A stretch of 40,504 nucleotides of DNA from a virus (taxonomy: Duplodnaviria > Heunggongvirae > Uroviricota > Caudoviricetes): IMG/VR virus record IMGVR_UViG_2526164632_000038; one strand, written 5' to 3'. Positions 38,636 through 40,504 of this stretch are shown here, in pieces (position 1 is the first letter of the stretch; each line of letters begins with the position of its first letter). A program made the position numbers and the translations under genes. The notes below the pieces were generated by a model that had not been told where the DNA came from, ran no database searches, and worked only from the letters and a program-made list of their open reading frames with translations.

Positions 38636-40035
38636 CCTCGCCGCCGTAGCAATGCCACCTGCGCAAGTATGCTCCGCTCGTGAGCCTCGAAAGCTTCGCG
38701 CTTCAACGCAATCTCTTCCTGTAAAATCTCATCAGAAAAGTCGTAATGTTCTGCCATCGGGTCATCTGACTTGCTGGAGTGGTGAAGGCAAAGGAGGCTG
38801 ATTTCCCTTCGGTCTGAGCGGGAATAGCCTCTTTCCTTCATCAAGGCAATAACATTGCTCTTAAGGAATTTACGGCACATCGTATTAAATGCACCGTCTT
38901 TCCCTTTAACAGTCCCATCATGTTTTATTCCTTTTACAGCCCCGTCCGGGCTGTATGTTTTCACCAGCTTATCCAGTGATCGTTTTGAAAATGGCTGCAT
39001 TGGATCACGTGGCTGCAAAAATACATAATCCCTGTTGCACTCAGGAACTGAATCACGCCAGGCTTTCTGCTCGTCGATAATCCGCCGGATCTCAGGGGTT
39101 ATCGGCAGGCGGAAAGCCTTTTGTGTTTTCATAGCCCCTCGCATGCCGATAACCCCTTCCGGATAAACAATTTCACCAGCCTCCTCGTGAACGTAGTCCC
39201 AGCGCAGGTTATGGACATTAATCGGACGAACACCAGTGATGATCATGAAGCGAACAGCATTCTTCTGGTGTACAGAGGTGCAGGCAGCAACATTGAGCCA
39301 GAGTCGGGCGATTGATTCAATATCGGTAAAAAGCCGTGTGGGGGTAGGTTTCTGTACGCGGGAGGAAACATAATCATCTGGCAGACTGGCGGCAACATTG
39401 CGGCCGTTGCAAAGAGTAGGTGCGCAGAACTTCCAGAACCGACGGAGCTCGGCAAACAACTCCAGGGCGTTATTGTTCGAGCGAGTAGCGATCCACTCGT
39501 CCAGCACTTCCACCAGCCGATTGTATGTTACGTCGCTGAACACCTCGCGCTCGCCGAACGTTGCTTTAATCCGGTCGATACGCACCCCGTAGGTTGTGAA
39601 ACTGTCCGGGCTCAGCTTCTGCCGGGCGACTTTGGCTTTGAGGTCATCCCGGTACATTTCCAGCGCTGCATGTACGGACTCTGCCCGCAGGCCACCGTCA
39701 GCCATACCTAGCGCTTTTTCGCGCGCCAGCTGGATAGCGAGCTCCGGCCACTCGCCGAGCTTTTTACCTTTGAGGCCCATCTTTTTTGGAAACTCGGCGT
39801 AAAATGTAACCTTACCGGCTTTGCTGAAATCGATACGGAGATAGTTCTCTTTTTCGTATTTGGAACGGCGAGCCACGCCGGAAGCAGCGAGGATGATTTT
39901 GGCGGCAGCAACACAGATTTTCATGTGTGCGCTAGTATAGGGGGGTTTACAGGCGTCCCATTTTTCAGAAGCGGCTAAAACATCGTCATTATTGGGGCTA
40001 TCCGGATTATGTGTTACAGTGCGCGGCATTCTCAA
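38632..40035 (-). CDS. Tyrosine-type site-specific integrase
   Basis: About 465-aa ORF at the prophage edge, adjacent to an AlpA-like gene and the host gene; catalytic residues not individually verified. Confidence 0.7.
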   Translation of the reverse strand: MRMPRTVTHNPDSPNNDDVLAASEKWDACKPPYTSAHMKICVAAAKIILAASGVARRSKYEKENYLRIDFSKAGKVTFYAEFPKKMGLKGKKLGEWPELAIQLAREKALGMADGGLRAESVHAALEMYRDDLKAKVARQKLSPDSFTTYGVRIDRIKATFGEREVFSDVTYNRLVEVLDEWIATRSNNNALELFAELRRFWKFCAPTLCNGRNVAASLPDDYVSSRVQKPTPTRLFTDIESIARLWLNVAACTSVHQKNAVRFMIITGVRPINVHNLRWDYVHEEAGEIVYPEGVIGMRGAMKTQKAFRLPITPEIRRIIDEQKAWRDSVPECNRDYVFLQPRDPMQPFSKRSLDKLVKTYSPDGAVKGIKHDGTVKGKDGAFNTMCRKFLKSNVIALMKERGYSRSDRREISLLCLHHSSKSDDPMAEHYDFSDEILQEEIALKREAFEAHERSILAQVALLRRRG

Positions 40036-40234
40036 TCCTTATCTGCGTAGGCGCAGAAAACAAGCTCACACATACAAGTCTTTTCTACGGGACAAAATGC
40101 AATGTGTTGCGGTTTAGTGTTGCTGGACTGAGTTTATCAAGGTTAAATACACTGGATCAACATACAGTAAGTTAATGACAGTAAAGCATACAAACTCGAT
40201 ACAACTTACTGATTTTAAAATGATTTAACGGTAA

Positions 40235-40504
<270 letters not shown>

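Overview
Almost the whole window is one temperate prophage (about 40 kb, lambdoid regulation with a myovirus-like tail), ending next to a host ferredoxin-like gene (yfhL-like) at the right edge. Right to left it carries: tyrosine integrase plus AlpA-like excisionase; a plus-strand early operon with a replication module (PD-(D/E)xK nuclease with Cys cluster, SSB-like protein, family-A DNA polymerase, VRR-NUC nuclease, SNF2-type helicase); a divergent cI/cro switch; then on the minus strand cro, primase-helicase, Q-like antiterminator, lysis cassette, terminase, portal, head, tail and baseplate genes. The prophage looks defective: an intact IS2 (1331 bp, 5-bp target duplication GTAGG) splits the baseplate J-like gene, and the tail-fibre assembly gene is a 59-aa stub abutting an IS21-like transposase fragment at the left edge. 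The most interesting content is accessory cargo inserted into the core modules: a TIR-like domain protein after the polymerase, two AT-rich reverse-oriented membrane-protein loci inside the replication operon, and an AT-rich cassette of small membrane/secreted proteins with its own terminator inside the baseplate module. These are candidate defence or exclusion genes with no function I can assign. All family names are from manual reading of the ORF translations and recalled motifs; no database search was run.
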